Source: a bacterium (GTDB lineage: Bacteria > UBA8248). From it: 64,000 nt of DNA. Each line of letters begins with the position of its first letter. Within the stretch, counting starts at the first letter, position 1. This document shows, one piece after another, positions 1 to 8,873 of the stretch. The notes beneath the pieces are model-generated. The model worked only from the letters and a program-made list of their open reading frames with translations, had not been told where the DNA came from and did not search any database. Made by a program: the position numbers and the translations under genes. Where the stretch lies: NCBI GenBank assembly GCA_965204535.1, contig CBDBEV010000001.1:1536001-1600000 (forward strand), written 5' to 3'.

Positions 1-2
1 TC

Positions 3-716
3 GTGCCCGTCACGGCCGCCGCTGCGCTCGAGACGGCGGGTAAGTCCGGTGCGCCGGCACTCGTCGTGAACGACCGCTCGAAACGCGCGGCCGTCGTCCT
101 GCCCGCCCCCTCGATGCTGTTCGACGACGGGGGCGTGCAGGAACGCGTGCGTCTTCTCAGGCCCGCGGCGCGGGAAGGGGTGGCGCGAGCCGAACTCGAT
201 GCCTCGAACTGGCGCGAGGCGGACCAGGCCGAATGGCGCTCCCTCTGGGAGGAGGAGGTCGCCTCGCTCCCCTCACACCGGGAATCGCGCTTCTGGCTCG
301 TGACGGGACTTCTTCTTCCGGTCTGGGACCGGCTGGGTGCGGAGAACATGCGGGTTCGGCGCCTCGCCACCGATGCGGGCGAGGCGATGATCGGACGCGC
401 CCTGGACGCAACCGGCATACGTGCCGTTCGTGCCGCCTTCGGACTCGACGGGGGGCCGTCCCTCGGCGCGGACGAGGCCTTCGACGCCGTCATGGAGCGC
501 GGCGAGGTCCTGACCCTCGCGAACGGCTGGCGCCTCGCGCGCCGCCGCGTCATGGGGGCGCAGCGCCTGGAGATCGAAGGCCCCGACGACCGCCAGCTCA
601 CCGCCCTCAAGCGAGCGGGCTGTACGGTCGAGATCGTCTCCTGGAGAGCGCGGGTCTTCGCGCCCGACGCCGCCGTCCTCGGCCGCGTCCTCGAAGACCG
701 GCCCATCGCCGACTGA
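3..716 (+). CDS. C-terminal part of strawberry-notch-like methylase/helicase (5' truncated by window)
   Basis: Motifs LVTGLLLPVWDRL, RVRRL.T..GE..IGR, L.NGWRL.RRRVMG..RLEI.G, EIVSWRARVF.P recalled from this plasmid/ICE family; sits next to a TOPRIM primase as usual. Confidence 0.75.
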   Translation: MPVTAAAALETAGKSGAPALVVNDRSKRAAVVLPAPSMLFDDGGVQERVRLLRPAAREGVARAELDASNWREADQAEWRSLWEEEVASLPSHRESRFWLVTGLLLPVWDRLGAENMRVRRLATDAGEAMIGRALDATGIRAVRAAFGLDGGPSLGADEAFDAVMERGEVLTLANGWRLARRRVMGAQRLEIEGPDDRQLTALKRAGCTVEIVSWRARVFAPDAAVLGRVLEDRPIAD

Positions 717-783
717 ATCCGCACTTGCGGCCGGCCCGCATGCGTATGGCCGGCGCTTCTCCGGCTGGCGGGGGATCATAACG

Positions 784-1074
784 ATGTCTTCATCATTCAA
801 GGGAGATCTAACCGTGACTTCACAGACACTGCCGAAAGACCCCGACTTCGCCTTCTGCCCGGCCTATGGCCCGGCCGACGCACCGCAGGAGATACGGCTC
901 GTCATCGACGGGATGACGGGGTGCATCCCCACCGGCCTCATCGCTCTGGGCCTGGAAGACGCGGAGCGCTTTTGCGATCGGCTGAACGCCCGCCTCGGAA
1001 AGGACAGGGAGGCCTGGTCCGCCCTGGCCGCGCGCTCGATGGGCCCGGCGCAGGACGACGAGACCGCAGGTTGA
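784..1074 (+). CDS. Hypothetical protein (start may be GTG at 813)
   Basis: Co-oriented with neighbours; GGAG before the alternative GTG; no recognisable family. Confidence 0.5.
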   Translation: MSSSFKGDLTVTSQTLPKDPDFAFCPAYGPADAPQEIRLVIDGMTGCIPTGLIALGLEDAERFCDRLNARLGKDREAWSALAARSMGPAQDDETAG

Positions 1075-1299
1075 GCCGCCCTCCTTGTGCGCAGCCGGCC
1101 TGACGGGGGTGGGAGCGTTCGCGGTCCGCGGGCGAACGTGTGCAGCTTCTCGACAAGATGAGCAGGAACGCAACGGAGCGCACCCCGAGACGGCGGCGAC
1201 CGCCGCAGGCGTGGGAGGGAGATATTCCGCTCTGCTCCTTTCACGGGCCGGCGTCCCGGCGTCGGCTTTTTTTTGCTGGTTATCCAGAGGAGGTCCGCC

Positions 1300-2295
1300 A
1301 TGCCCCGAACACCATCTCCCGCGGCCGGGATCGCCGCAGCGCTCGCCTCGCGCGCAGAGGACGTCTGCCGCCAATACCTGCCCGGGGGCAAGAAGCAGGG
1401 CCGCTACTGGGTCGCGGGCGACGTCGACGGCTCGCCCGGACGTTCGCTCTTCGTCCGCCTGAAGCCTCCGGGCGCGCCGGGCAAGTGGACCGACGCGGCC
1501 ACCGGGGAGCACGGCGACCTGCTCGACCTGATCCGCCATCGCAGCGCCGCGCCCACGCTGCGCGCGGCCATGGACGAGGCACGCGCCTTCCTCGCCCTGC
1601 CCGCTCCGCCGTCCACGGGCGGGGGCCCGCCATACGACGCCAGGGAAGCGGCGGGGCGCATCTGGCGGGGTTGCCGTCCGCTCGACGGCGGCCCGGGGGA
1701 GGCCTACCTCCGCGCCCGGGGGATCACGCGGTTCCGCTTCCCCTCCCTGCGATTCCATCCCGCGCTCTACCACCGCGAAGCCGACCGCCGCCTGCCCGCC
1801 CTGGTCGCCGCCGTGACCGACGCCGAAGGCGCGCTCCACGGGGTGCACCGCACCTGGATCGATCCCGGTGCGTCCGCCAAGGCCGGCGTCCTCCCGTCCC
1901 GCAAGGCGCTCGGCCGGTTCTTCGGACACGCCGTGCGGTTCGGCGCCCCCGGCGCCACCCTCCTGGTCGGGGAGGGCATCGAGACGGTTCTCTCGATAGT
2001 CACCGCTGCGCCCCGGGTCCCCGCCGCGGCCGCCCTCTCCGCAGGCAGCCTCGGCGCCTTCGTCCCGCCCGAGGGGGTCTCTTGCCTCATCGTCGCACGG
2101 GACAACGACCCGGAAGGCGAGATGGCTGCGGAACGCCTGACCGCTCGCTGCGCACAGGCCGAGGTCGCTATCCACGTCATCGTCTCTGAACGCGGAGACT
2201 TCAACGACGACCTCGCCGCGCTCGGCGCCGCTGTCCTGGCCGCTCGGCTCGCTCCGCTCTTCCGCCTCGCGGGAGTCGGAGAGGAGCGGGTCTAA
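1300..2295 (+). CDS. TOPRIM-domain DNA primase-like protein of conjugative elements
   Basis: GAGGAGG RBS before ATG 1300; motifs YLPGG...GRYW.AGDV.G.PGRSLFV.L, GKWTDAATGEHGDLLDLI, YL..RGI, GEGIET.LS, IARDND. Confidence 0.85.
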   Translation: MPRTPSPAAGIAAALASRAEDVCRQYLPGGKKQGRYWVAGDVDGSPGRSLFVRLKPPGAPGKWTDAATGEHGDLLDLIRHRSAAPTLRAAMDEARAFLALPAPPSTGGGPPYDAREAAGRIWRGCRPLDGGPGEAYLRARGITRFRFPSLRFHPALYHREADRRLPALVAAVTDAEGALHGVHRTWIDPGASAKAGVLPSRKALGRFFGHAVRFGAPGATLLVGEGIETVLSIVTAAPRVPAAAALSAGSLGAFVPPEGVSCLIVARDNDPEGEMAAERLTARCAQAEVAIHVIVSERGDFNDDLAALGAAVLAARLAPLFRLAGVGEERV

Positions 2296-2328
2296 GTGGG
2301 GCGAAGCCCTGGTGAGAGGAGAGAGAGA

Positions 2329-2556
2329 ATGGACACCATCACCTTCAAGCGAGTCGCCCCGCACGAGTCCCGCATCTACGCCGGGGGCGAGTATCTCGGC
2401 GACGTCTACCGCCGCGACGATATCCTCGCCCCCGGCCATGTCTTCTACGTCGTGCACCTCGACGAGGATCCCCGGGGTCCCCGGCGCGTGCACGAACGCC
2501 GCCGCATCCGCGAGGTCGCGCAGCGCCTCGTCGATTCACACCCGCTGTGGTCGTAA
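2329..2556 (+). CDS. Small hypothetical protein
   Basis: Purine-rich RBS (GAGGAGAGAG) before ATG 2329; co-oriented in the gene run. Confidence 0.55.
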   Translation: MDTITFKRVAPHESRIYAGGEYLGDVYRRDDILAPGHVFYVVHLDEDPRGPRRVHERRRIREVAQRLVDSHPLWS

Positions 2557-3170
2557 CCGGGAGTCAGGCGGCCGCGCCTGCACGTGCAGCCGGCCCGCCG
2601 CCGGTAGTACGTACAGCCGTCCTGCCGCCGGCGGTCGGACCCGAGCGGAGAGAGGGATTGACGCCGTCCGACTGCGCAACCATCCTGAAGCCCTCCGGGT
2701 TCCTTCCCGCCGAGGGCGGGGGGAAGGGCACCCCCCTGCGCCGCCGACCAGACCTGTGCGCGCCGCGCAGGACGGCAGGAAGGGAACCCGGCCGCGAGAC
2801 CGGGACCACGCAGGGCGGCCGTAACCCGGCAGAGCACTCCCGCCACCGTGACACCGCCCTCCTTGCCGCCACCGTCGCCGATAACCCCGCATCGGAAGTC
2901 CCGCCACTCGATACGCCTCCATTCACCCACCCCTCATCCATCCGAACCCCGGACCGCGCGCCGGCCCGGGTGGGCTTCCGCTCCTGTCTGTCTCCGGGAC
3001 TACCCGGTCGGGACGGAGGCCACTCACGGCCCACGAAAGTTCCGACACGGGTCGCGCCCCTCCTCCCAAGAGGAAGAGCGAAGCGGGGAGCCGGGCAAAT
3101 GCCCGGTAGGGAGAGGGAGACGGTCTCCAGCTCCCGCTGCCGGGTGCGACAACCGATAGGAGGCTTGGCC

Positions 3171-3302
3171 ATGTACGAGAACGACTTCGACGTCGATGTT
3201 CCCACCACGGACGAACTGCTCGCAGAACTCGGACTCGACGCGTACACGATCCGCAAGCTACGCGACGAGGCGGGGGGCGAGGAGGAGTTTTGCAGCGTGT
3301 AG
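3171..3302 (+). CDS. Small acidic hypothetical protein (43 aa)
   Basis: AGGAGG RBS before ATG 3171; MYENDFDVDVPTTDELLAELGLDAY... Confidence 0.45.
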   Translation: MYENDFDVDVPTTDELLAELGLDAYTIRKLRDEAGGEEEFCSV

Positions 3303-3380
3303 GGCGAACCGGGGGGGTGGAGAGAAAGGCTCTCTCCCTCTCATCATTTTTTCTCACTCACACCACGAAGGAGAATCATC

Positions 3381-3833
3381 ATGGCATTCGGACTCAACAG
3401 AGCGGAACTGATCGGGCGTCTCGGCGCAGACGTCACCATCAACCATCTCACGAGCGGCGGTCGCGTCGCGAACCTGTCCATCGCGACCGACGAGGGCTAC
3501 GTCGACAAGCAGTCCGGCGAGCGGGTGGACAAGACCGAGTGGCACCGGGTCGTCACCTTCCAGCCGGGCCTGGTGGATATGTTCGAAAAGCACGCGAAGA
3601 AGGGCCGTCTGGTCTACGTGGCGGGCAAGCTCCAGACCAGGCGCTGGAAGAAGGACGATGAGGACTCGGACCGGTTCTCGACCGAGATCCTCATCGCGCC
3701 TGGCGGGCGCATCCAGTTCCTCGACAAGGTGAATGGGAACGGCAATGGCAACGGTAACGGCAACGGCGCGCACGCCGAGACGGCGGCGGTGGCGGCGACC
3801 GCCGGCGTTGCGGGAGAAGACATTCCATTTTGA
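3381..3833 (+). CDS. ssb: Single-stranded DNA-binding protein
   Basis: N...LIGRLG.D, VANLSIAT, TEWHRVV, KG.LVYV.GKLQTR.W and acidic C-terminal DIPF. Confidence 0.95.
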   Translation: MAFGLNRAELIGRLGADVTINHLTSGGRVANLSIATDEGYVDKQSGERVDKTEWHRVVTFQPGLVDMFEKHAKKGRLVYVAGKLQTRRWKKDDEDSDRFSTEILIAPGGRIQFLDKVNGNGNGNGNGNGAHAETAAVAATAGVAGEDIPF

Positions 3834-3840
3834 GCGCTTC

Positions 3841-3873
3841 AGGGGCTGGCGCTTCGGCGTCAGCCCTTTTTTT
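3841..3873 (+). terminator. Intrinsic terminator after ssb
   Basis: GGGCTGGCGC-TTCG-GCGTCAGCCC hairpin followed by a T7 run. Confidence 0.8.
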
Positions 3874-4209
3874 GCTCGTTATCCAGAGGAAGTCCGCCAT
3901 GCCCCGAACACCCTCTCCTGTCGCCCGAGCCTTTCCCGCCCTGTCGGCTCTCACATCTACCGGGAGCACCCGGTAAATCTCCGGTTCCGTGAACGATGAA
4001 CCGTGTTCCCGGAAGACCGGCATGCACCTCCAATCATTCCATGTTCAAGACAGTGGCTCGGTCCACCCCCCGCTGCGGGAATTTCGGGCCGGAAAATGCG
4101 GCCCGAAATGACCCTTTCCGCAGCATGAGGGATTGTTTCCCGATGAGCTTCGCCTTCATCGTGAAACACCAAAGGCTCTTGTGTCCCGGTGGCGGTACTA
4201 CCCTCTCTC

Positions 4210-4400
4210 TCTTAGCGCTCCCATTTTAGCACGCACGGCGCGGGGTCAAGGGTGCTTTTGCAAAAGACGCAAAAGCATCTTTTTTCAGAAAAAATCGGTG
4301 AAGCGTGGATTTTTTCCGCTGCGCGCCCTCCGGGTGAAAAAAGACTGAAAACCGCCCCTGACGCCCACGCCTACCACGTGCTGAAAATGGGGCGCTAAGA
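4210..4400 (+). promoter_or_regulatory. Long fold-back element, Frpo/ssi-like single-strand promoter candidate
   Basis: TCTTAGCGCTCCCATTTTAGCACG (4210-4233) pairs with CGTGCTGAAAATGGGGCGCTAAGA (4377-4400); inner GTCAAGGGTGCTTTT pairs with AAAACCGCCCCTGAC. Confidence 0.65.
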
Positions 4401-4435
4401 AGCGCATCCGTTAACTCTCTACGAAGGAGAAAGGC

Positions 4436-4810
4436 ATGGAAACCACCGTGGTGAATTTGAACGACTACGTTGCGCCTCAATTCGGCGGCGGCTTGCTGGT
4501 CAGGATCGACCGCATGACGAAGTGGGGAAACCCCTTCCGCATCGGCAAGGACGGCGAGCGCGCCGACGTGATTGAAAAATACCGGCGATGGCTGTGGGGA
4601 AAAATCCAGAACGAGGAGGTGGACCTCTACGAACTCGCCGACCTTCAAGGCTGCGAACTCGGCTGCCACTGCCATCCCCTCCCGTGCCACGGCGACGTAC
4701 TCGCACGCGCCGCCGAGTGGGCCGCCGGGTATCTCGACGAGATGCCACAAGAAGTGGGGCGCAACGAGCGTGGCTACGCTCTTCCCGAATTCAACCATCC
4801 CCTCGCTTGA
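4436..4810 (+). CDS. DUF4326 domain protein
   Basis: IDR.TKWGNPF.IG.DG.R..VIEKYR.WL and L.G..LGC.C.P.PCHGDVL motifs; AAGGAG RBS. Confidence 0.85.
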   Translation: METTVVNLNDYVAPQFGGGLLVRIDRMTKWGNPFRIGKDGERADVIEKYRRWLWGKIQNEEVDLYELADLQGCELGCHCHPLPCHGDVLARAAEWAAGYLDEMPQEVGRNERGYALPEFNHPLA

Positions 4811-4831
4811 GGACAACGAAAGGAGTGAACG

Positions 4832-5791
4832 ATGACTGCCACCGAGACACACGACCACAAGGAGAGCATCATGCACGAGGTTGACAACATCGAAGCGCAG
4901 AACGAATCCTTCACCGCCATGGTATGCGAGCAGGCCGCACTGTTCGGCGCCACCCCCGGGCCGGACGAGTTCGACAACCGGCCCGTCTGGGGCGAGGCGG
5001 AGTCCACCGCCGCCGTCCTCAAGGCCTTCGTCGCACTTGCAGAGGCAGCGCCCGACGGAACGCAGCTGGCCGACGAGCGGGCGAGTCTCCTGTGGGGCTT
5101 CGTCAACACCCTCGACGCCCAGACCCAGCGCCTCGACCGCGCCGCCGACAGGCTCATCCCCGGCATCCGTGAAATGCAGCGCGAGCAGGACGGCTCGGAG
5201 ATCCGCTCCCGCGAACTCGAACTCGCGACCGACCGCGCCGGGAATCTCACCGCCCGCCGCGACGCGTTCGAAGGGCTGAGAGACGCTGCCGCAGAGGCCT
5301 ACCGCGTCGAGACCGGCGAGGTCTGGCGTCCCAGACGAGGATCGCACGTCTCGCAGACCGGCAAGCTCACCTCTGCGGTGATCGAGGCGCGTGACTTCCA
5401 GCGTGCAAAAAAGGACCGCGAGAACACCGCCCACCTCCCCCAGGGAACCCTCGTCGCCGTCGCGGGTGGCAAGGAAGCCACCGACGCGGGCAAAATCATC
5501 GGCCAGCTCGACAAGCTGAAAGCCAAGTACGCCGACGTCGTCCTCGTCCACGGCGGCGGCCCCGGGGCCGAGAAGATTGCAGCAGGATGGGCCGAGCGGA
5601 ACGGCGTCCACCAGATCGTCTGCAAGCCCGACTGGGACGCCCACGGCAGGGCCGCTCCCTTCCGGCGCAACGACGAGCTGCTCTCCCTCCTCCCCAAGGG
5701 CGTGATCGCGTTCCCCGGCTCGGGCATCACCGACAACCTCGTCGACAAAGCCCGCTCGCTCGGCATCCCCGTCCAACGCGTCGCGGCTTGA
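4832..5791 (+). CDS. DUF2493 (SLOG/YspA-like) domain protein
   Basis: LLWGFVN, W.P..GS, VLVHGG..GAE.IA..WA...GV.Q....PDW..HG.AAPF.RND, F.G.GI..NL.DKA. Confidence 0.85.
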   Translation: MTATETHDHKESIMHEVDNIEAQNESFTAMVCEQAALFGATPGPDEFDNRPVWGEAESTAAVLKAFVALAEAAPDGTQLADERASLLWGFVNTLDAQTQRLDRAADRLIPGIREMQREQDGSEIRSRELELATDRAGNLTARRDAFEGLRDAAAEAYRVETGEVWRPRRGSHVSQTGKLTSAVIEARDFQRAKKDRENTAHLPQGTLVAVAGGKEATDAGKIIGQLDKLKAKYADVVLVHGGGPGAEKIAAGWAERNGVHQIVCKPDWDAHGRAAPFRRNDELLSLLPKGVIAFPGSGITDNLVDKARSLGIPVQRVAA

Positions 5792-5830
5792 TGCACGAAG
5801 TCCACGGGTCGCGTCGCAGCGGCAACAACT

Positions 5831-7612
5831 GAGACTGTGAAAGTATTCCCACGATTCTGGTGGGTGACGCTGGCGAGCGATGCCCGGGTTGTCTGTACAT
5901 GCTATCTTTACCGGTGAGTGAGATAACCACATAAAGGGTCACCACCATGTCCGAGAGACGTTATCAGGAGGTGCAGTCCCGAAGCCAGATGATGCTGCTT
6001 CCGCCGTGTCTGGACGACTACGTGTCCGAGCACAATGCGGTGCGCGCGATCGATGCGTTCGTCGGCACGCTGGACCTGGAGGCGCTGGGGTTCGCGCATG
6101 CCGAAGCGAACTGCGGCGCCGGTCAGCCGGCTTTCGACCCGGCGCTGCTGCTGAAGCTGTATCTGTACGGCTACCAGCACCGGGTACGGAGTTCGCGCCG
6201 TCTCGAAGCGGAGACGCGGCGCAATCTGGAAGTGATCTGGCTGTGCCAGGGTGCGACGCCGAGCTACAAGACGATTGCGGATTTTCGCAAGAACAATGTG
6301 GCTGCGCTGCAGGAGGCCAACCGGGAGTTCGTGCTGCTGTGCCGCGAACTCTCGCTGCTGGGCGGCAGCCGGGTGGCGGTCGACGGGACTTTTTTGAAGG
6401 CCGATGCGAACCTGGACAGCTTCCAAACCAAGCGGTCCCTGGCAAGGGACCTGAGGCGTTTGGAGAAGAGGATTGCGGCGTATCACCGGCAGTTGGACGA
6501 GGCGGATGCGCGCGGGGAGGAGTGTGGGGACGGTTCGGAGGATCCGGACCTGCCGGTGAAGCTCAAGGCCTTGATCGAGAGGCAACAAAAGAAGAAGGCA
6601 CTGCAAGAGCATTTGCAGGAAAGCGGAGAGCGTCAGGTATCGGGGGTCGATGCAGATGCTCGACTTCTGAGGAACGGCGATATAATGGTGGGCGGATACA
6701 ACTGCCAGATCGCGGTGGACGACAAGCACAAGCTGATTGTCGCGGAGGATGTGGTGCAGGACGGCAATGACTCCGCTCAGTTGGAGCCGATGATGACGAA
6801 AGCCGGCGAAGCCATGGGCAGCGAACGCCTGGTCGGCCTGGCGGATTCGGGCTACTTCAACGGCGCACAGTTGAAGAGTTGCGAAGACAAGGGAATGGAG
6901 GTGTATGTTCCGATACCGAACCAGACGGCCCGCAAGGGCAAGGACGGACGATTCGGCAGCGATGAATTCCGTTACGATGCGCAGGATGACACGTATGTCT
7001 GTCCGGCCGGAGAGCGTCTGGTTCGAGGCGGCACGACCACCGTCAGGGGCAGGCTGTATTACTTTTATCGCGGGACGGCGGCGGTTTGCCGGGACTGTTC
7101 GTTGTCGGGCCGATGCCTGACAAAGTCGAGATCGACGCGCAGGATACAACGCTGGGAGCATGAGGACGTGGTGGACCGGCATCGCAAGAAGATGAACGCC
7201 CGTGTGCCATTGATGCGCGGGCGAAGCACACTCGTCGAACATCCATTCGGTACGATCAAGCGCTGGGCGGGGATGGATCATTTTGTGATGCGCGGACTCG
7301 GCAAATGCCGCGGCGAATTCAGCCTGATGACGCTGGGTTACAACTTCAAGCGGGTCATGCGTGTGCTGGGCGGAGCTGCATTTGTGGAGCATTGTCTGCA
7401 AAAACAGCGGTTGGGGACGAATGGCGTGTGAACTTGAAGCCGATTCTTCGAGGACTTGACCGCGACCCCGAGCTGACCGGCCGCCGAGACGTTTCTCTCC
7501 CGGCTCTGCGGTGTTGTTGCTCCCGAAGTTGAAGACAGTGTCCGGCCATCGGGCTGCAAGCGTAAGCGAGCCCTGTTCCGGAGACTGTGAAATCCAATAC
7601 TCTCACAGTCTC
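5831..7612 (+). mobile_element. IS1182-family insertion sequence
   Basis: Terminal IRs GAGACTGTGAAAGTATT (5831-5847) and AATACTCTCACAGTCTC (7596-7612); 13-bp target duplication AGCGGCAACAACT at 5818-5830 and 7613-7625. Confidence 0.92.
5947..7431 (+). CDS. IS1182-family transposase
   Basis: G.PAFDP..LLKLYLYGY...SSRRLE, TIADFRK, DGT.LKA, GYNCQ, ADSGY, VEHPFGTIK. Confidence 0.93.
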   Translation: MSERRYQEVQSRSQMMLLPPCLDDYVSEHNAVRAIDAFVGTLDLEALGFAHAEANCGAGQPAFDPALLLKLYLYGYQHRVRSSRRLEAETRRNLEVIWLCQGATPSYKTIADFRKNNVAALQEANREFVLLCRELSLLGGSRVAVDGTFLKADANLDSFQTKRSLARDLRRLEKRIAAYHRQLDEADARGEECGDGSEDPDLPVKLKALIERQQKKKALQEHLQESGERQVSGVDADARLLRNGDIMVGGYNCQIAVDDKHKLIVAEDVVQDGNDSAQLEPMMTKAGEAMGSERLVGLADSGYFNGAQLKSCEDKGMEVYVPIPNQTARKGKDGRFGSDEFRYDAQDDTYVCPAGERLVRGGTTTVRGRLYYFYRGTAAVCRDCSLSGRCLTKSRSTRRIQRWEHEDVVDRHRKKMNARVPLMRGRSTLVEHPFGTIKRWAGMDHFVMRGLGKCRGEFSLMTLGYNFKRVMRVLGGAAFVEHCLQKQRLGTNGV

Positions 7613-7633
7613 AGCGGCAACAACTGCGGCGCG

Positions 7634-7686
7634 GCCCGTCGCTTCTCTCCTCGCCCGTCGCTTCTCTCCTCGCCCGTCGCTTCTCG
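7634..7686 (+). repeat. Tandem repeat, 19-bp unit GCCCGTCGCTTCTCTCCTC x ~2.8
   Basis: Directly visible. Confidence 0.8.
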
Positions 7687-7954
7687 CCTCGATCACTCCA
7701 CCGCTCCTCTCCTGGTTGCTTTGCTCGCCTCCGCCCGCTCAGTCGCCGCGGCGGCTCCCGCTCGCCAGTCTCTCCGGCGTAAATTCCCCTGTCGTTCGTT
7801 CCCAAAAATCCGCCGTTAGCCGCCCTTCGGCGCTTCGGATTTCACACCGGACGCATCGCTGATGCTGGTGTCGCGTGGGCTGCGAATGACTGCGATCTCC
7901 AGCGCCTGGCTTTTACGGTTCATCCTCCCGCGCGCTTCTGTCGTGCCGAAACAA

Positions 7955-8110
7955 GTAATACCAATCTGGTGTCACGATATCTCTTTGAAATTCCTGCACT
8001 TAAAAATGGCGTATGCTCATTGTAATACGATGTAATACGGGGATTTCCCGCAAGATACCAGATTGGTAGTACACGGAGGTGCGCTGCGTTATGATGGCTA
8101 CCAATATGGT
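7955..8110. promoter_or_regulatory. Candidate oriT / RHH operator region
   Basis: GTAATACCAATCTGGTGTC (7955-7973) is inverted at 8054-8072 (17/19); third copy TACCAATATGGT at 8099-8110; TGTAATACG occurs twice; lies between the leading-region genes and an RHH gene. Confidence 0.45.
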
Positions 8111-8242
8111 GGTTCGTGGAACGGCGTCACGGACCTGATTTTTGGGAGCGCGGCGGTTGCGTTTGGTGCAAGAAATGAGAATTTTACGGGCATTTTGTGA
8201 CCAAAACGAATGAAGATTTTCTCGTAAGGAGCGACGAAACGG

Positions 8243-8557
8243 ATGGTTCAGACGATACAGAAGAACATCAGAGTCACGCCCGAACAGTGGAAACGAATTG
8301 AAAATGAGGCCGAAAAGCGCGAAATGTCGCCCAACCGACTGGTGGTAGAGTTCGTGATGGAAGCCCTGGAGCGCCGTGAATGGCCCCGAACCCAAGCGGA
8401 AATCCACTTATTGCGTTCCGCCATGTTCACCGCGCAGGCCATCATCCGCGACATGGAGAGAGACGGACGGGAGGAAGAAATCGAGCAAATCAGCCGGACT
8501 ATCTCCGAAGTCGCGCCGGAATTGCCGAACAAATCGGTGAAGGTGCTACGGGATTGA
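8243..8557 (+). CDS. Ribbon-helix-helix protein, putative relaxosome accessory (TrwA/CopG-like)
   Basis: N-terminal beta strand (QKNIRV) then helix-helix pattern (PEQW..I...A......NRLVV....EAL); AAGGAG RBS. Confidence 0.55.
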   Translation: MVQTIQKNIRVTPEQWKRIENEAEKREMSPNRLVVEFVMEALERREWPRTQAEIHLLRSAMFTAQAIIRDMERDGREEEIEQISRTISEVAPELPNKSVKVLRD

Positions 8558-8873
8558 GGGGGGTTCTGGGAGCATGGATGCGTGAGTTGACCTTCTCGAT
8601 CCAGATGATTCAGCCAGATAAGCTCAACGATATTGGCAAAGTCGGTGACCAACGGAATATAGAAGAGTTTCTTGCTAATATTTCCAAGGCAGGCTTTCGA
8701 ATAATTTATGGCAGTATGAGGAGCGAGAAGCAATAAACCAAGAGAGAATATAGATGCTTTCTCACTTAATAATACAGCCCTAACATTAGTTCTATATATT
8801 GTAATCCAAATGTAATGATAATACTAGATATAGCGATTTTTCTTAATTTGGGATATAATTCTCCATTTTAAGC

